A stretch of DNA of 63,757 bases, counting the filler, from Octopus bimaculoides (Eukaryota), in the NCBI RefSeq assembly GCF_001194135.2. It is 4 parts of 3 records of this genome, joined end to end, with 100 filler letters (N's around TTAATTAATTAA, not from the genome) between each part and the next. Parts side by side here need not be neighbours in the genome. Positions count along the whole stretch, not along the records: positions 35,907 to 55,143 come from NC_068982.1; positions 55,244 to 63,757 come from NC_068982.1; 2 more parts are not named here. One strand, written 5' to 3'. Positions 51,878 to 63,757 of the stretch are shown one piece after another. The notes beneath the pieces are model-generated. The model saw only the letters and a program-made list of their open reading frames with translations. It was not told the origin of the DNA and ran no database searches. Position 1 is the first letter of the stretch. Every line of letters begins with the position of its first letter. Both the position numbers and the translations under genes were made by a program.

Positions 51878-52257
51878 CTTTTACTTGTTTCAGTCATTTG
51901 ACTGCGGCCATGCTGGAGCACCACCTTTAGTCGAGCAAATTGACCCCAGGACTTATTCTTTGTAAGCCTAGTACTTATTCTATCGGTCTATTTTTGCCAA
52001 ACTGCCAAGTTACGTGGACGTAAACACACCAGCATCGGTTGTCAAGCGATGGTGGGGGGGACAAACACAGACACACAAACAAATATATATATACATATAT
52101 ACGACGGGCTTCTTTCAGTTTCCGTCTACCAAATCCACTCACAAGGCTTTGGTCGGCCCGAGGCTATAGTAGAAGACACTTGCCCAAGGTGTCATGCAGT
52201 GGGACTGAACCCGGAACCATGTGGTTGGTAAGCAAGCTACTTACCACACAGCCACTC
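51878..52257 (-). mobile_element. Full-length, young SINE family A
   Basis: Close reverse complement of 13128-13510 with most CpGs intact. Confidence 0.9.
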
Positions 52258-53114
52258 TAATAATTTTTAATAATAATAACATATATGACTTGAGATGTCT
52301 TGCCTGGGTGTTTGTTTTTCTTTTTTAACAAATTTTTATACACACACACACACACACATATATATATGTATATGCACACACACACATGGGTATCTATGAT
52401 TGTGTATAGAAGAATATATTACTAAAAGAAATTCCAACTTCGTCTAATTTTCATTCATGTAGTAGTGGTGATAGTTATGTTTTATAATTTACAACTGTAA
52501 TATTCTATCATTATATTATATTATACTATATTATATTATATTATATTATATTATTATAAGATTGTAAATAAAACATGAAAATCTGTCATATATATATATG
52601 TATGTATGAATATATATATATGACAGATTTCTTTCAGTTTCGATTTACTAAATCCACTTACAAGGCATGGAGAGGTGAAGAAAATTAAGCAGTAAAATAC
52701 CCATTTCCACCCTAATTTATCAGTACATACTAATGCCTCCACATAGTCACTGCACATGCTCAAAATAGCAGCTAGATTATCTCAAAATACACTAATATCT
52801 TTTAGAAAAAGACAAAGTAGATAATATTTGGATGGGATGGTCATAGATGGAATGCCTCTAACCATAGGTTCACTTGATTATGACTGACCAATAACTAAAC
52901 AATTGCAGCAATGTCACGTCTTAATGTTTGATGATATATTTTTGTATCAAAACTTTAGGACATCATCATCATCAACATGAACATCATTACAATTATCATC
53001 ACCATCATTATCATCATCATCTCCATCCTCATCCTCATCAACATCATCACCCTGCCATCATCATTACTTTGTCATCATTATCACAATCATCATCACCCTC
53101 ATCATCATCATCCT

Positions 53115-53146
<32 letters not shown>

Positions 53147-53610
53147 TTGATGTCACTATTATCACTGCCACCAAACACCCCCACCCCCACCATAATCATC
53201 ATCATCATCATCATCATCACCAACTGATGTGGTGGCCCACCCAACTACTCACCATATTAATATTTTAATTAAGCCACAGGAAGCTAGCTCTTAAAATATG
53301 TGAGATGGAAGGGAGAGCGGTGGTTGGATGGTTAGATAGCAAAGGCAGGAATTGAACTCACAACAATGAAGCTAATGAGGCAAGACAATATAATGATGGA
53401 TGCGGAGGAAAAGGAAGAGGTAGATGAGAATTGCTACCACACAGCTTCTGGAAGAAGGGGGGGGGTGAGATTAGTGGGAACAAGAAAGTGGAAGGGGATT
53501 GCAGATGACTTATAATGGGTGGCAGGTGGGTGGGAGGAGTGTCGGATTGATTATAGGGGAAGGGGGTAGCATAACTAGGGCACATTATGTGTGTGTATAT
53601 GTATGTGTGC

Positions 53611-53675
<65 letters not shown>

Positions 53676-53975
53676 TAGGGGTGCATATATATGTGTGTAT
53701 GTGCATGCTTGTGTGTCTGTGTTTATATATATATATACACGGGTGCATATATGTGTGTGTGTGTGTGTGTGTGTGTATATGCTTGTGTGTATGTGTAAAT
53801 ATATGTATATATATATACATATATATATAGTGGTGTATTTACATGTATGTGTGTGTGTGTGAGTGTCTGTGTGTGTTTCAATTAACATGAGAAACTCAAA
53901 ATACCATCATATATATCTCCATTTCGTATCCAGTTTTCCATACTGGCATAAAACAGACAGATCATAATGTACCGT

Positions 53976-54009
<34 letters not shown>

Positions 54010-54399
54010 AACGGAAACAGAGTAAGAGATGAACTTCTAGCGAACCAGGTCTATCATTATCCTCTTCTTCACTCACAAGCAGAAAAGACTGTGTTAGACA
54101 ACATAGAAGTGGCCAGACCACCGGTTGTTAAGTGGCTATGAATACACTTATGATTCTAATGTGAGATGAGAGGAGGTAAATCCTGATAGCTTATCCAATA
54201 AGGGGCTTATAAGTGCTCATTTGAAAGATTAATTCTTTCAGAAATGCTTTGGTGTGATTAGTAATATAGTTATCTAGTAGACAACAGATACCTGGTTCAA
54301 CTCCTGCAGTAACTTCTATTCACTTTTCCTGTTTCATGTTGTCTTTGTAAATGTATAAGTTTAGTAAGTATGTATAATAAGTATTATAAGTGTGTATGG

Positions 54400-54545
54400 T
54401 TGGCATTAGGAGTGGTTGGCATTACGAAGAGCATCCAGCTATAGAAACCATGCCAGAGCAGACACTGGAGCATGATGCAGACTTTGGGTCTGTCCAACTC
54501 ATGCCAGCACAGAACATGGACATTAAATGGTGATGATGATGATGA
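54400..54545 (-). mobile_element. Family D repeat copy
   Basis: GGAGTGGTTGGCATTA.GAAG.GCATCCAGCT.TAGAAAC is shared with 48087-48130. Confidence 0.7.
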
Positions 54546-55095
54546 TTACATGTGTGTGTGTGTGGTATTTATACATACATGTGTATATGATATAAACACA
54601 CACACATACACACAACTATTCATTTTCCATGTTGGTATGTATTAGATAGGGACATATCTGTGTCAGGTTTCAACAGTTCAATGCTCTTCCTATCACCAAC
54701 CATTATCAATTTTTCAAGTCAGGAATTCCTTCTATTTCAAATGTCTTTGAAATTGCACAGCAACTAATCATATAATGCCAACATGGAATGTATACATCAT
54801 ATTACCATTTTGCTTAATGAAGTTGAGGAATGTCAACATTCACACACACACACACAGTTATTGCAGCTAGCACCTCACATATAGTTATTCAAACATTCCC
54901 TGGTAACATCAATGCTGCTCAAAAATACTCAGAAAACTGATGCTATTGATGCTGTCAAAACTGTGCATGTTTCTATGGTAACCAAGTCTACATAAATCTC
55001 ACAAATACATCTAATTTGTTTGATTTGAGCCTTTATTCACTGACGGTGCTCTACAACATATTAGAAATTCATCTGTGTTGTGACTAGTGTGCAAG

Positions 55096-55143
<48 letters not shown>

Positions 55144-55254
55144 NNNNNNNNNNNNNNNNNNNNNNNNNNNNNNNNNNNNNNNNNNNNTTAATTAATTAAN
55201 NNNNNNNNNNNNNNNNNNNNNNNNNNNNNNNNNNNNNNNNNNNTATGTGTCGAT

Positions 55255-55302
<48 letters not shown>

Positions 55303-55689
55303 ATATAAGTATATCTTTTACAAGATCAGATTTCTTACAATGCTTCATGTGCTGTCGGTTTGCAAATATCTAGCATGAAATCAAATCTTGGAAAATTCAC
55401 TCTTCATTGACTTATGGCCTTATTTTAATCTCAAACTGACTCTCTTTTTCATTCTCTTCTTCTCTTATTCTCTTTAGCCCTTTCTCATTCTGCATCTGTG
55501 TCTCCTTTCACTCCTCATCCTCCATCTCTCTCTCTTTTCTCAGTTTTTAACGATAATATTAATATTTCTAACTGTAAGCTTAACAGTTTATTGTATTATA
55601 ATTATCACATATGTTGTTTTTCTAAATGCTATGAATGTATGTATGCATGCAAGTATGTCTGTCTGTCTGTCATTATTCAGCTTTATTTT

Positions 55690-56115
55690 AAGATTCTTGT
55701 CAATAGGGGAAGAACCAGTTTCTAACCTATATCCAAGGCTCCTTCATTGGAATTTCAAAATCATTAACAGAGTACTTTTATATGTATGTATTCTCATGCA
55801 TATAGTTGCATGTCTAGACATGCTCATATATACTTTAATGATAAACTTATGTATGTATTTATGTCATTGTTCAATTTTATTTCAAAATTTCTTGCCAATA
55901 GAGAAAAAGTCGGTTTCTAACGTAGATTCAAGGCTTCTTCATTGGAATTTCAACATCAACAAAAAGGTATTTTTGTTTGCTTGTATGTATGTATGCATGC
56001 ATGCATGTATGTATGTATGTATATGTGCAGATTTGTATGTTTTGCTTTATGTATGTATTCTCATGCATATAGTTGCATATCTAGACATGCTCAAATATAT
56101 TTAAATGATAAACTT
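55690..56115. repeat. Diverged direct duplication (two units of about 155-225 bp)
   Basis: TTCTTG.CAATAG..CTTCATTGGAATTTCAA and TATGTATGTATTCTCATGCATATAGTTGCAT.TCTAGACATGCTCA..ATGATAAACTT each occur twice. Confidence 0.8.
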
Positions 56116-56846
56116 CTGGAAAGTTTTACAGATTTTTACAGTTCCAGTGATGGATTGGATCTGTAGTATGTATGTATGCATGTATGTATGTATGTATGTA
56201 TGTATGTATGCATGCATGCATTCATTTTTGGTTTCATCTCTATTTCCCTTGTGCTATGCTATATTTATTTTGAAATTCTCAAAAGTATTCTGGTAAATAT
56301 TTCGGTAAGTTAAAGATTTTTTTTGTTTGGTTTTTCTGATTTTAAAAACAACTGTGTTTCGTTGCAAGTTACATTTTTTTAACCATTGGTTCTCAACCAT
56401 TTTTTCCATTATAAAGCCCCTTTGATTCACATTATACTCTACTGGACCTCCACAGCCATTTGATGTTTAAAAGATCCTATTGTATTTTTACAATTACATA
56501 TTATCAAGAATTGTATAAAGAAATTTAAATGGTGGTACTCCAGCATGACTACAGCTTTAAAGCTGAAACAATTCGAAGAATTAGAATATTTTATAAAATT
56601 ATGTATATTGTGGTAGTATAAGCAATTTATTGCACACAGATTTTAACAACAAAATCTTGTATGGGCCCTGGTTGAGAACTGCTGGTTTAATCCTTCACCA
56701 TTTAATGTGGCCATATCCAACGCAAATATGCCTTCTGTTTTATGTTAAAACTGATTAGATCCAGTTTCTCACTCCATACAATGTCATTCTAAAAACATAT
56801 TAGTCACACATTATTTTGTAGCTTCAAGATTTCAATAGCGTGTTTA

Positions 56847-57067
56847 TATGAGGAGGTGCTGAAAAGCTCCTGCCTTTGTGCTGAAGAAAATGCAGAAGGA
56901 TCAGTTAATTATGATTTTATTGAACATATTCCCCTCTCAGATTCACACACTTATTGCAGTGGTCCTTCAGTTTTTCTAAGTCCTGTAAAAGAACACAGAA
57001 GGTTGGGCCTCCAACCAGGCTTTTCATGATACCCTTAAAGCCAGGAACTGTTCAGCACCTCCTCATA
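56847..57067. mobile_element. Mariner-derived MITE (221 bp)
   Basis: TATGAGGAGGTGCTGAAAAGCTCCTG versus (reverse complement) TATGAGGAGGTGCTGAACAGTTCCTG. Minus strand contains CNKCVNLRGEYVQ*, a mariner C-terminus. Confidence 0.9.
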
Positions 57068-57117
57068 CAAGCACACCATTGAAATCTTGAAGCTTCAAGA
57101 TACTTTTATTCTCTTAT

Positions 57118-57516
57118 GCTTTAACTTGTTTCAGTCATTTGACTGTGGCCATGCTGGAGCACCACCTTTAGTCAAACAAATCAACCCTAGGACTTATTCT
57201 TTGTAAGCCTAGTACTAATTATATCGGTCTCTTCTTGTTGAAGTGCTAAATTACGGGGACGTAAACACACCAACATCGGTTGTCAAGTGATAGTGGTGGT
57301 GGTGGTGGCAGAGAGAGACAAACACAGACATATAAACATATACACGCATATATATATATGACAAGCTTCTTTCAGTTTCCGTCTACCAAATCCACTCACA
57401 AGGTTTTGATCAGCCTGAGGGTATAGCAGAAGACACTTGCCCAAGGTGTCACACAGTGGGACTGAACCTGGAACCATGTGGTTGGGATGCAAGCTTCTTA
57501 CCACACAGTCACGCCT
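57118..57516 (-). mobile_element. Full-length SINE family A with extensive CpG decay
   Basis: Colinear with 51878-52257, with many CG to CA/TG changes. Confidence 0.9.
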
Positions 57517-57825
57517 GATTAATGCAAAACAGTGTGAATAAATAAGCATTACATTGACAAAGAAATTTGAATGCCAAATCGTTAAAGTTCTGCCCACTTA
57601 CTTTGGTTCACACTGAAAGAAAATGCTTTATCTAATAATTGTTATTAATATAGGCACAAATCCTGAAATTTGGTGGAGAGTAGTAACTGGTTATATCGAT
57701 TCCAATATTTGTATTTACTGTATTAAGCCTAGATTGATGAAAGGAAAGATGATCTTGGCAGAATTTGAACTCAGAATATAATACCTTAAAAGAAATACTC
57801 TAGGCATTATTTTATCCCTCTAATG

Positions 57826-58471
57826 CAGTGTTTCTCAACCGGGGTTCCATGAGAAAGAGTGAGATATGCTAATGCTAATTTCATGATCATAATGTTCACA
57901 ATCGTAATATTACTATACATGCACACCATGTTATTGGCTATTGTAATATTGTAATATAGACATCATCTATCTAACTTATTATGTTATCAAAAAAATATAA
58001 CAACCATTGGGGATATATTTAGTGAAGTCTGTAGTTTATGGACCCTCTCCCTCTATATATATGGTGGTTGTTTACTCCTTATGTTTAACCACCTCCTGTA
58101 CCTACACCTTAGAACCATCATGGCATCTGATGTGGCTTTTTAATCCAGACAATGTCTTGAAAAGACACCCACATAGATTGCATATCTGATTTGGACCACC
58201 AAGAGCTGCAGATAAAATCTGATCTTTGTGGATCATAAAATGTATTTTGAGACCTCTCTTAGATTTGGAAACCTTCTGGCATACATTGCATTGAAAGGTG
58301 TGCACAAACAAATAGGCAAAATAGTTGGTGGAGGTTTTCCATGGATTTGCAAATGAGATTTGAGCCCAGCAAAAGAAAGGCATGGTCTGTCACAAACTGT
58401 GCACACAAAAAGGTCATTGTGATTCACCTTCTCAATTGTAACATTATATATATATTGATATATATATATAT

Positions 58472-58530
<59 letters not shown>

Positions 58531-58749
58531 TATATTGATATATATATACATATACATATATANNNNNNNNNNNNNNNNNNNNNNNNNNNNNNNNNNNNNN
58601 NNNNNNNNNNNNNNNNNNNNNNNNNNNNAATATTTACCAAGTGAAATATGATGAAAAAATATGAGAAAAATATGATATATATTTTTTTTGAGCAGGGGTT
58701 CCTTGAAACATGTAATTTATTTTAAGGGCTAAAAATTTGAGAAACACTG
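57826..58749. mobile_element. Non-autonomous hAT (Charlie-like) element
   Basis: Perfect 13-bp TIRs CAGTGTTTCTCAA / TTGAGAAACACTG, with 8-bp flanks CTCTAATG / CTCTAATC (7/8 identical target site duplication). Confidence 0.85.
58102..58440 (-). pseudogene. Three C2H2 zinc fingers, probably a LINE C-terminal fragment, inside the hAT element
   Basis: FVCTVCDRPCLSFAGLKSHLQIH (58341-58410), one frameshift, then FQCNVCQKVSKSKRGLKIHFMIH and ICNLCGCLFKTLSGLKSHIRCH. No TGEKP linkers. Confidence 0.75.
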
Positions 58750-61700
58750 CTCTAATCATTGTCATCCATCATTTTAAATCCTGGTTTTGTCCCCGTTAAC
58801 AGGGGTGGCCAGATCTACCTCAATGCCATAGCAACTGCCCTCACATCATCTCACCATCTTGCCTGGTTTTGGGTGTTCTCCTTTCTCAAAGCAACCCTCC
58901 CAATCTCCTCCAGCTGTCCTCTCCATGTTTTCCTCCGTCTACCTCACAAATGGTTCCGCAAGTCCACTGTCCAGAAACCCTTCTTTCTATGATTATATTT
59001 TTCATAAAGTCAGAAGTAAAACAGGTTCTTCTGCATCTTTCTTAGTTCTTTCATTTATTTGTTTAAGCCAATTTTGCAATCAGAATCTCATTTCTACTTA
59101 TTTGATAAATGATCTTTAAGGCAGCTACCATTTTTACAGCAAAGGACAGCCTTATTGGTCCCATTCCATAATTTATGCAAGTGTATTCCCACAAATTGAT
59201 ATATAAATTTAATAGTTTTGTAAATATTGTTTTTATATTTCAGTCAGTAAAAAATATATTTCTTCTAGGTCATGGTTTTAGTTTTCAAAAGGTAAATCTA
59301 AACTTTGGTGAGATTAAGAAGAAAAAAAACAAAATAAGTAAGAAATCCAGAACAACTAAGTGAGTTGAATCTCAACTTTTAAAAGAAAATGCCACATTTA
59401 ACGATTCATATAATATAATGATTAAGGAATCCTTTTGTTTGTTAAAGTTCCGTAAAAAATTAAAAAACAAAAAAATTAAAACCAATTCATAATTAAATAT
59501 CCCAAGATGAAATTTTTTGCCTTTGTCAAGAATATATTTTCAGTTACTATGTAATTATGTTTATAAATGAAAGCAGTGGTAATTAAAATTGTTATTAATG
59601 ACACTGAATGAACTAGTTTTCTTAAGTAGTTAATATTCTTTGTGTCAGAATATAGTAGTACAAAATATGTAGTTTTTTTTTCCTTTAACTAAATTAACTA
59701 TTTATCTTTATCAGGGTGTTAATTCTATTCTTCTTCTTCTATTACTGTGTCCTCAATTTATGTGACATTTAAAGTAACATTTCAGAGATAACATGTTATA
59801 CAAGCTTTCTTACTAAATGGTAAATAATTATGTGTCTAAAAAAAAAAAAAAAAAANNNNNNNNNNAAAAAAAAAAAAAAAAAAGAATAGTGAAGAAAAGG
59901 AAAAGAAATTAAGCTCCGGAAATTTAAAATGGTTGTGTCATTTATAGATTATCATTTCATTTTCTGTTAACTGCTTTATCCTGTGTAAGGTAGTAGTAAT
60001 GATATTTATGTAGAACAGGTTACACCCAATTTGTTATGTTATTTCTATTCATATTAAATACATACAAAGCCGAGAGCATTAATTTATTTCCAAATGTTGA
60101 ATTTATAGAATGTTGATAAAGGTATTTCGAAAGGAAAAACAGAAAACAGAAAAAAGAAAAGAAAAAAAAATATTGTATGTGAATGTGGGATTGCTCCCAA
60201 AGAGTTTCATAGAATGATTTTCTGAGTGAAGAATATAATTAAGATTTTATTTTAAGAAGCAACTAAATTCATTCATTTGTTATTTTTAATGGTTATCAAG
60301 TGGGATGAATCAATTAGCAATTAAATAAACAGCTAGCTATTTATACCAGGTCGCATGAGAGAAGGCCTTGACATAGCTTTTGTCATAACCTAATTGTGTA
60401 GATCACTTGTGGCACTGATAAAAAAATCTTTTTTTTTTCAATAACAGTAAACAAAATTGTTAAGAAAATCAGAATGATTTAAATGAAATATATGTCTGGC
60501 TTTGTAATATTTAACTGTAGAAATATACATCAGTTTTTAACTGGAGTTGAATATCTTTTTGAAACTAATATATTTTGTTAAAATAACAAGTCGAGTGATG
60601 AAATATAAGTAATCTATTGATAAAATATATTAGTTGAAAACAATAAAAATTGATAAGAATTCTATTTGAATTGTTTCAACTATCAAGACAGCCTAGCACA
60701 TCATTCCCATTACTCTTGCAATCAACCAGTTAGTATTTATGCAACTGTGGTAAATATAAAATATGAAAGCAATAATACAAATTATTCTCATATTTTTCAA
60801 TGACGTTTTTCATTGTTACTTCTTGTCATACAAATAAATTCTGTAATTTTAGAATTTGAATTTATCTATAAAATACATTTATTAAATTATTTCATTTTGT
60901 TTTTTTTCTTTTTATTTTAAATTTAAGTTTCTTCAAAGCATCTGAAAAAATATTTTTATTTATAGCTTTTACTGACTTCTATCCTTGATTTCTTTCGTGA
61001 CATAAGTTAATGGATTAGCCATTCTTTTTCCTCAAATATTTTGCTAAGATAGCTGATATTTCTATTTTCAATTGAAAAATATCTTTTGGCATTAATGGAG
61101 ATGTTTTTGCCCATTAAAGGAGATATATTCTAGAAATATATTCATAAAGTTCTCGTACTGAAATTCTATAGGAATTTGTTTAAATTTACTCCATTAAGGC
61201 AAATTAATTCAGTCATTAAAAAAAAAGCTACTTGCACAAATTAAATATTAAAATTATTTATCACATATGCAATCACACACATGCATACACAGGCACACAC
61301 ATTCTCACACATATGTGCATGCATACACGCATACACAAACCCTCACACAAACACACAGTTTTAATCACGAGGATTTTTATTTCTCTAGAAAAAGAATGCT
61401 GAATTTTTTTTTTCTAGTACGTTCTTTGAAAACCTATTTTTCAATCATTTTAAGCTTAAAATCTACTTATTCCTCATTTCTAATAAAACTGATTGCATTA
61501 TCTCTTTATTGCTATTATCACATTAGTTAGGAATAGAAAACCAAAATCTTCATTTCTTTTTTTTGTTTCACTCTTCTTATTTTTAATCCTCATACATACA
61601 TCTTCAAGTAAAAGAGTGTGGTTCTCTCAAAAATTATAATAACACAAAGAACGCTAGGCAAAGCATCACTATATTCATAAGATACAAATTGTATTTTAGT

Positions 61701-61805
61701 GGATAGATTTTTGCAGGTATTTTTTATACGATTCAAGGATTTAGATTAGAAACTTGCATACAATTGGAAATAAAAGAGAATGAGTATGATTTAATGCAGG
61801 TTTGT

Positions 61806-61837
<32 letters not shown>

Positions 61838-62170
61838 CATGAACATACTTATGTGTGTTTTTATGATCATAATCTATTTTTGTTTTTTGTTTTTTTCTCT
61901 CTCCGTGCTGGCATGGCTTGTAAAATTTGAAGAGGCATATCTTCATGCTGCTTGATCCTGTATCATGTTATCTGTGAGGTTTAATGTTGATGGGTCTGGT
62001 TTAATTTATTATTTTTTTTTTTTCGGTTTTTCTAAAATATTCTTTACTCCTCTTCTGATAGGGTAGCTATCTTCCAATCCTAAGTTACTTAACTCTTTTT
62101 TAGACCATCTTTTTCAAGACTGCATCTAGTTCCTGGAAGGAGAACTCCCTACAGAAATCAACAAAGGAAT

Positions 62171-62206
62171 CTCAATATTAATCAATATTAATCAATATTA
62201 ATCAAT
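62171..62206. repeat. 10-bp tandem repeat (TCAATATTAA), about 3.6 copies
   Basis: Direct reading. Confidence 0.9.
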
Positions 62207-63757
62207 ACGGTTGCTCCACCTACAACAAATCGGAGTCATATCTAATTCAAATCCCATCTTACCATCTTAGAAAAGGACATCTTAGATAGCAAAGTTCTGA
62301 CCTCCCTAAAACTTAGGAAAGACATAAGATAGTCACAACTGGAATATGTTTGACCATAGGTCAGTTTGATCAGGAATCACTTGAGCTAAACAACAACACT
62401 TCTCATGCATATATGTATACATACACTTATGGTGTGTGTGTGTGTTTGCGTTCGAGCGCATATGTGTGTGTTGGGATGTATATGTGTGTATGTATCTTCC
62501 TGGCTGTCTCTATATCTCTTTTTATTTTAACACCACTTGAAAAATGTCTTTTTTTTTTAGATAGTGTAACTTAGAGATTCAAACAAACAGAGATAAATAA
62601 TACAAGTACTGGGTTTGATGTGTCACTAAGGTCTTTTACTGTAGTGATCCAGTATGTCTACGGTCCACTGTGTGAAACAAATACAAGAGCACAAGATTGA
62701 ATTCCATTAGAATTATTGTCCTGAAAGTGTTAACGATGTGCCAGCCTGTTGCGATAAACAAGTCTTGCTTGATAAAAATTGCTATGATAGTGTGGTGTTT
62801 TTTTTAATTTCTTAGTGTATGTTCCATGATACTAGATTAAGTTTACCATTTCAAGTGTATCCCAACACCATTACATTACATGGTGAAACAAACTGATTGA
62901 GTAGCTGTAGTATTGATCTTCTTGCTCACAGTTCTGCTGCAGGCAATTCGTTGTGAGCAGATCACTTGGGAACATTACATCCAATAGATTAACATCTTAT
63001 CTGTTATTTGTTTAACACCTTAAAAACCAGAACTAAACATTGCCCCTTTAAAAATTTTTCAGTACTTAGAATATGGTGACGTTCATTTACATTGCATTAT
63101 GGGAGTGTAGCTATGAATTCTTTAGCACAAAGGTACCATTAAATAAGAAGCCTGAATGATCAAGACAATCTCCACTAACCCCACCCTCTACCTCACTGGT
63201 AGGAGGTCATGATGTAACAAAAGAGATCACATTTTTGGCCATATTACTGGTTCTTCAGATACACACCTATTATCTACTATTGCTAGTGATAGGAAGCGCC
63301 ACAATCATTTTGGCTCAGGCTATGACTCATACCTTTGTTTTGAAAAACAGCCAGCTCCTGCCAGAAAAAATGATTATCTCAATAAACCAAGAAAGCATAT
63401 AACACTTTGTCTTGGACTTTGATGCAAAAGTTTATATCCAGTACTGGGCTCATAAGTCCAGAAATACATTATCTAGTCTATTCAATATAATCTACATAAT
63501 TCTTACACTAACTTTACAATTACTGATATATATATGTATCCTTTTCTCTTGGACTTTCCTCTGTCTCCTGTTTCTGATGAAGACTTTGCTCAAAATGTAA
63601 AAACTACCTTTCTTTCCTTTCCTGAGTGTCTGCTAATACTTAGCATGCACCACATCCCCGCATTGTTGTTTTTTCTTGTATTTGTTCTTCATTTTTTCTT
63701 ATTTACTATCATCATCATCATCATCGTTTAACGTCCGCTTTCCATGCTATATATATA

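Noticed and set aside
54011-54142. 44-codon open stretch NGNRVRDELLANQVYHYPLL...
   Set aside because: No start codon or acceptor (it follows a GT microsatellite) and no recognisable family.
58102-58440. Functional host C2H2 transcription factor gene
   Set aside because: It has a frameshift, no start or acceptor, non-canonical linkers, and sits inside a transposon.

Overview
Repeat-dense eukaryotic (animal) genomic DNA from a gapped draft assembly. The SINE families and the very high load of (TA)n, (CA)n, (TATG)n, (TAGA)n and (TAA)n microsatellites point to an octopus (inference). No host protein-coding gene could be identified with confidence, and most ORFs in the supplied track are microsatellite or N-gap artefacts. 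The recognisable content is transposon debris: a Dong/R4-type LINE end inside a (TAA)n array, three Penelope-like element (PLE) remnants, RTE LINE fragments, a mariner with both TIRs, a Tc1 remnant, two Tc1/mariner MITEs, a hAT-type element enclosing a three-finger C2H2 fragment, and many tRNA-derived SINE copies. The most interesting signal is a set of five type I hammerhead-ribozyme motifs found by eye (785-820, 3404-3448, 40206-40301, 45668-45766, 47773-47861). One sits directly upstream of a PLE ORF. Two lie in short ORF-less units beside (TA)n runs and share an unusual helix II base, so they look like solo pseudo-LTRs or retrozyme-like elements. CpG content also drops visibly from about 35.9 kb onward, with a strong CTCF-like motif about 1.4 kb before the switch, which suggests entry into a methylated gene body. 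These components belong to known families; whether this hammerhead variant or element family is undescribed cannot be settled without searches.
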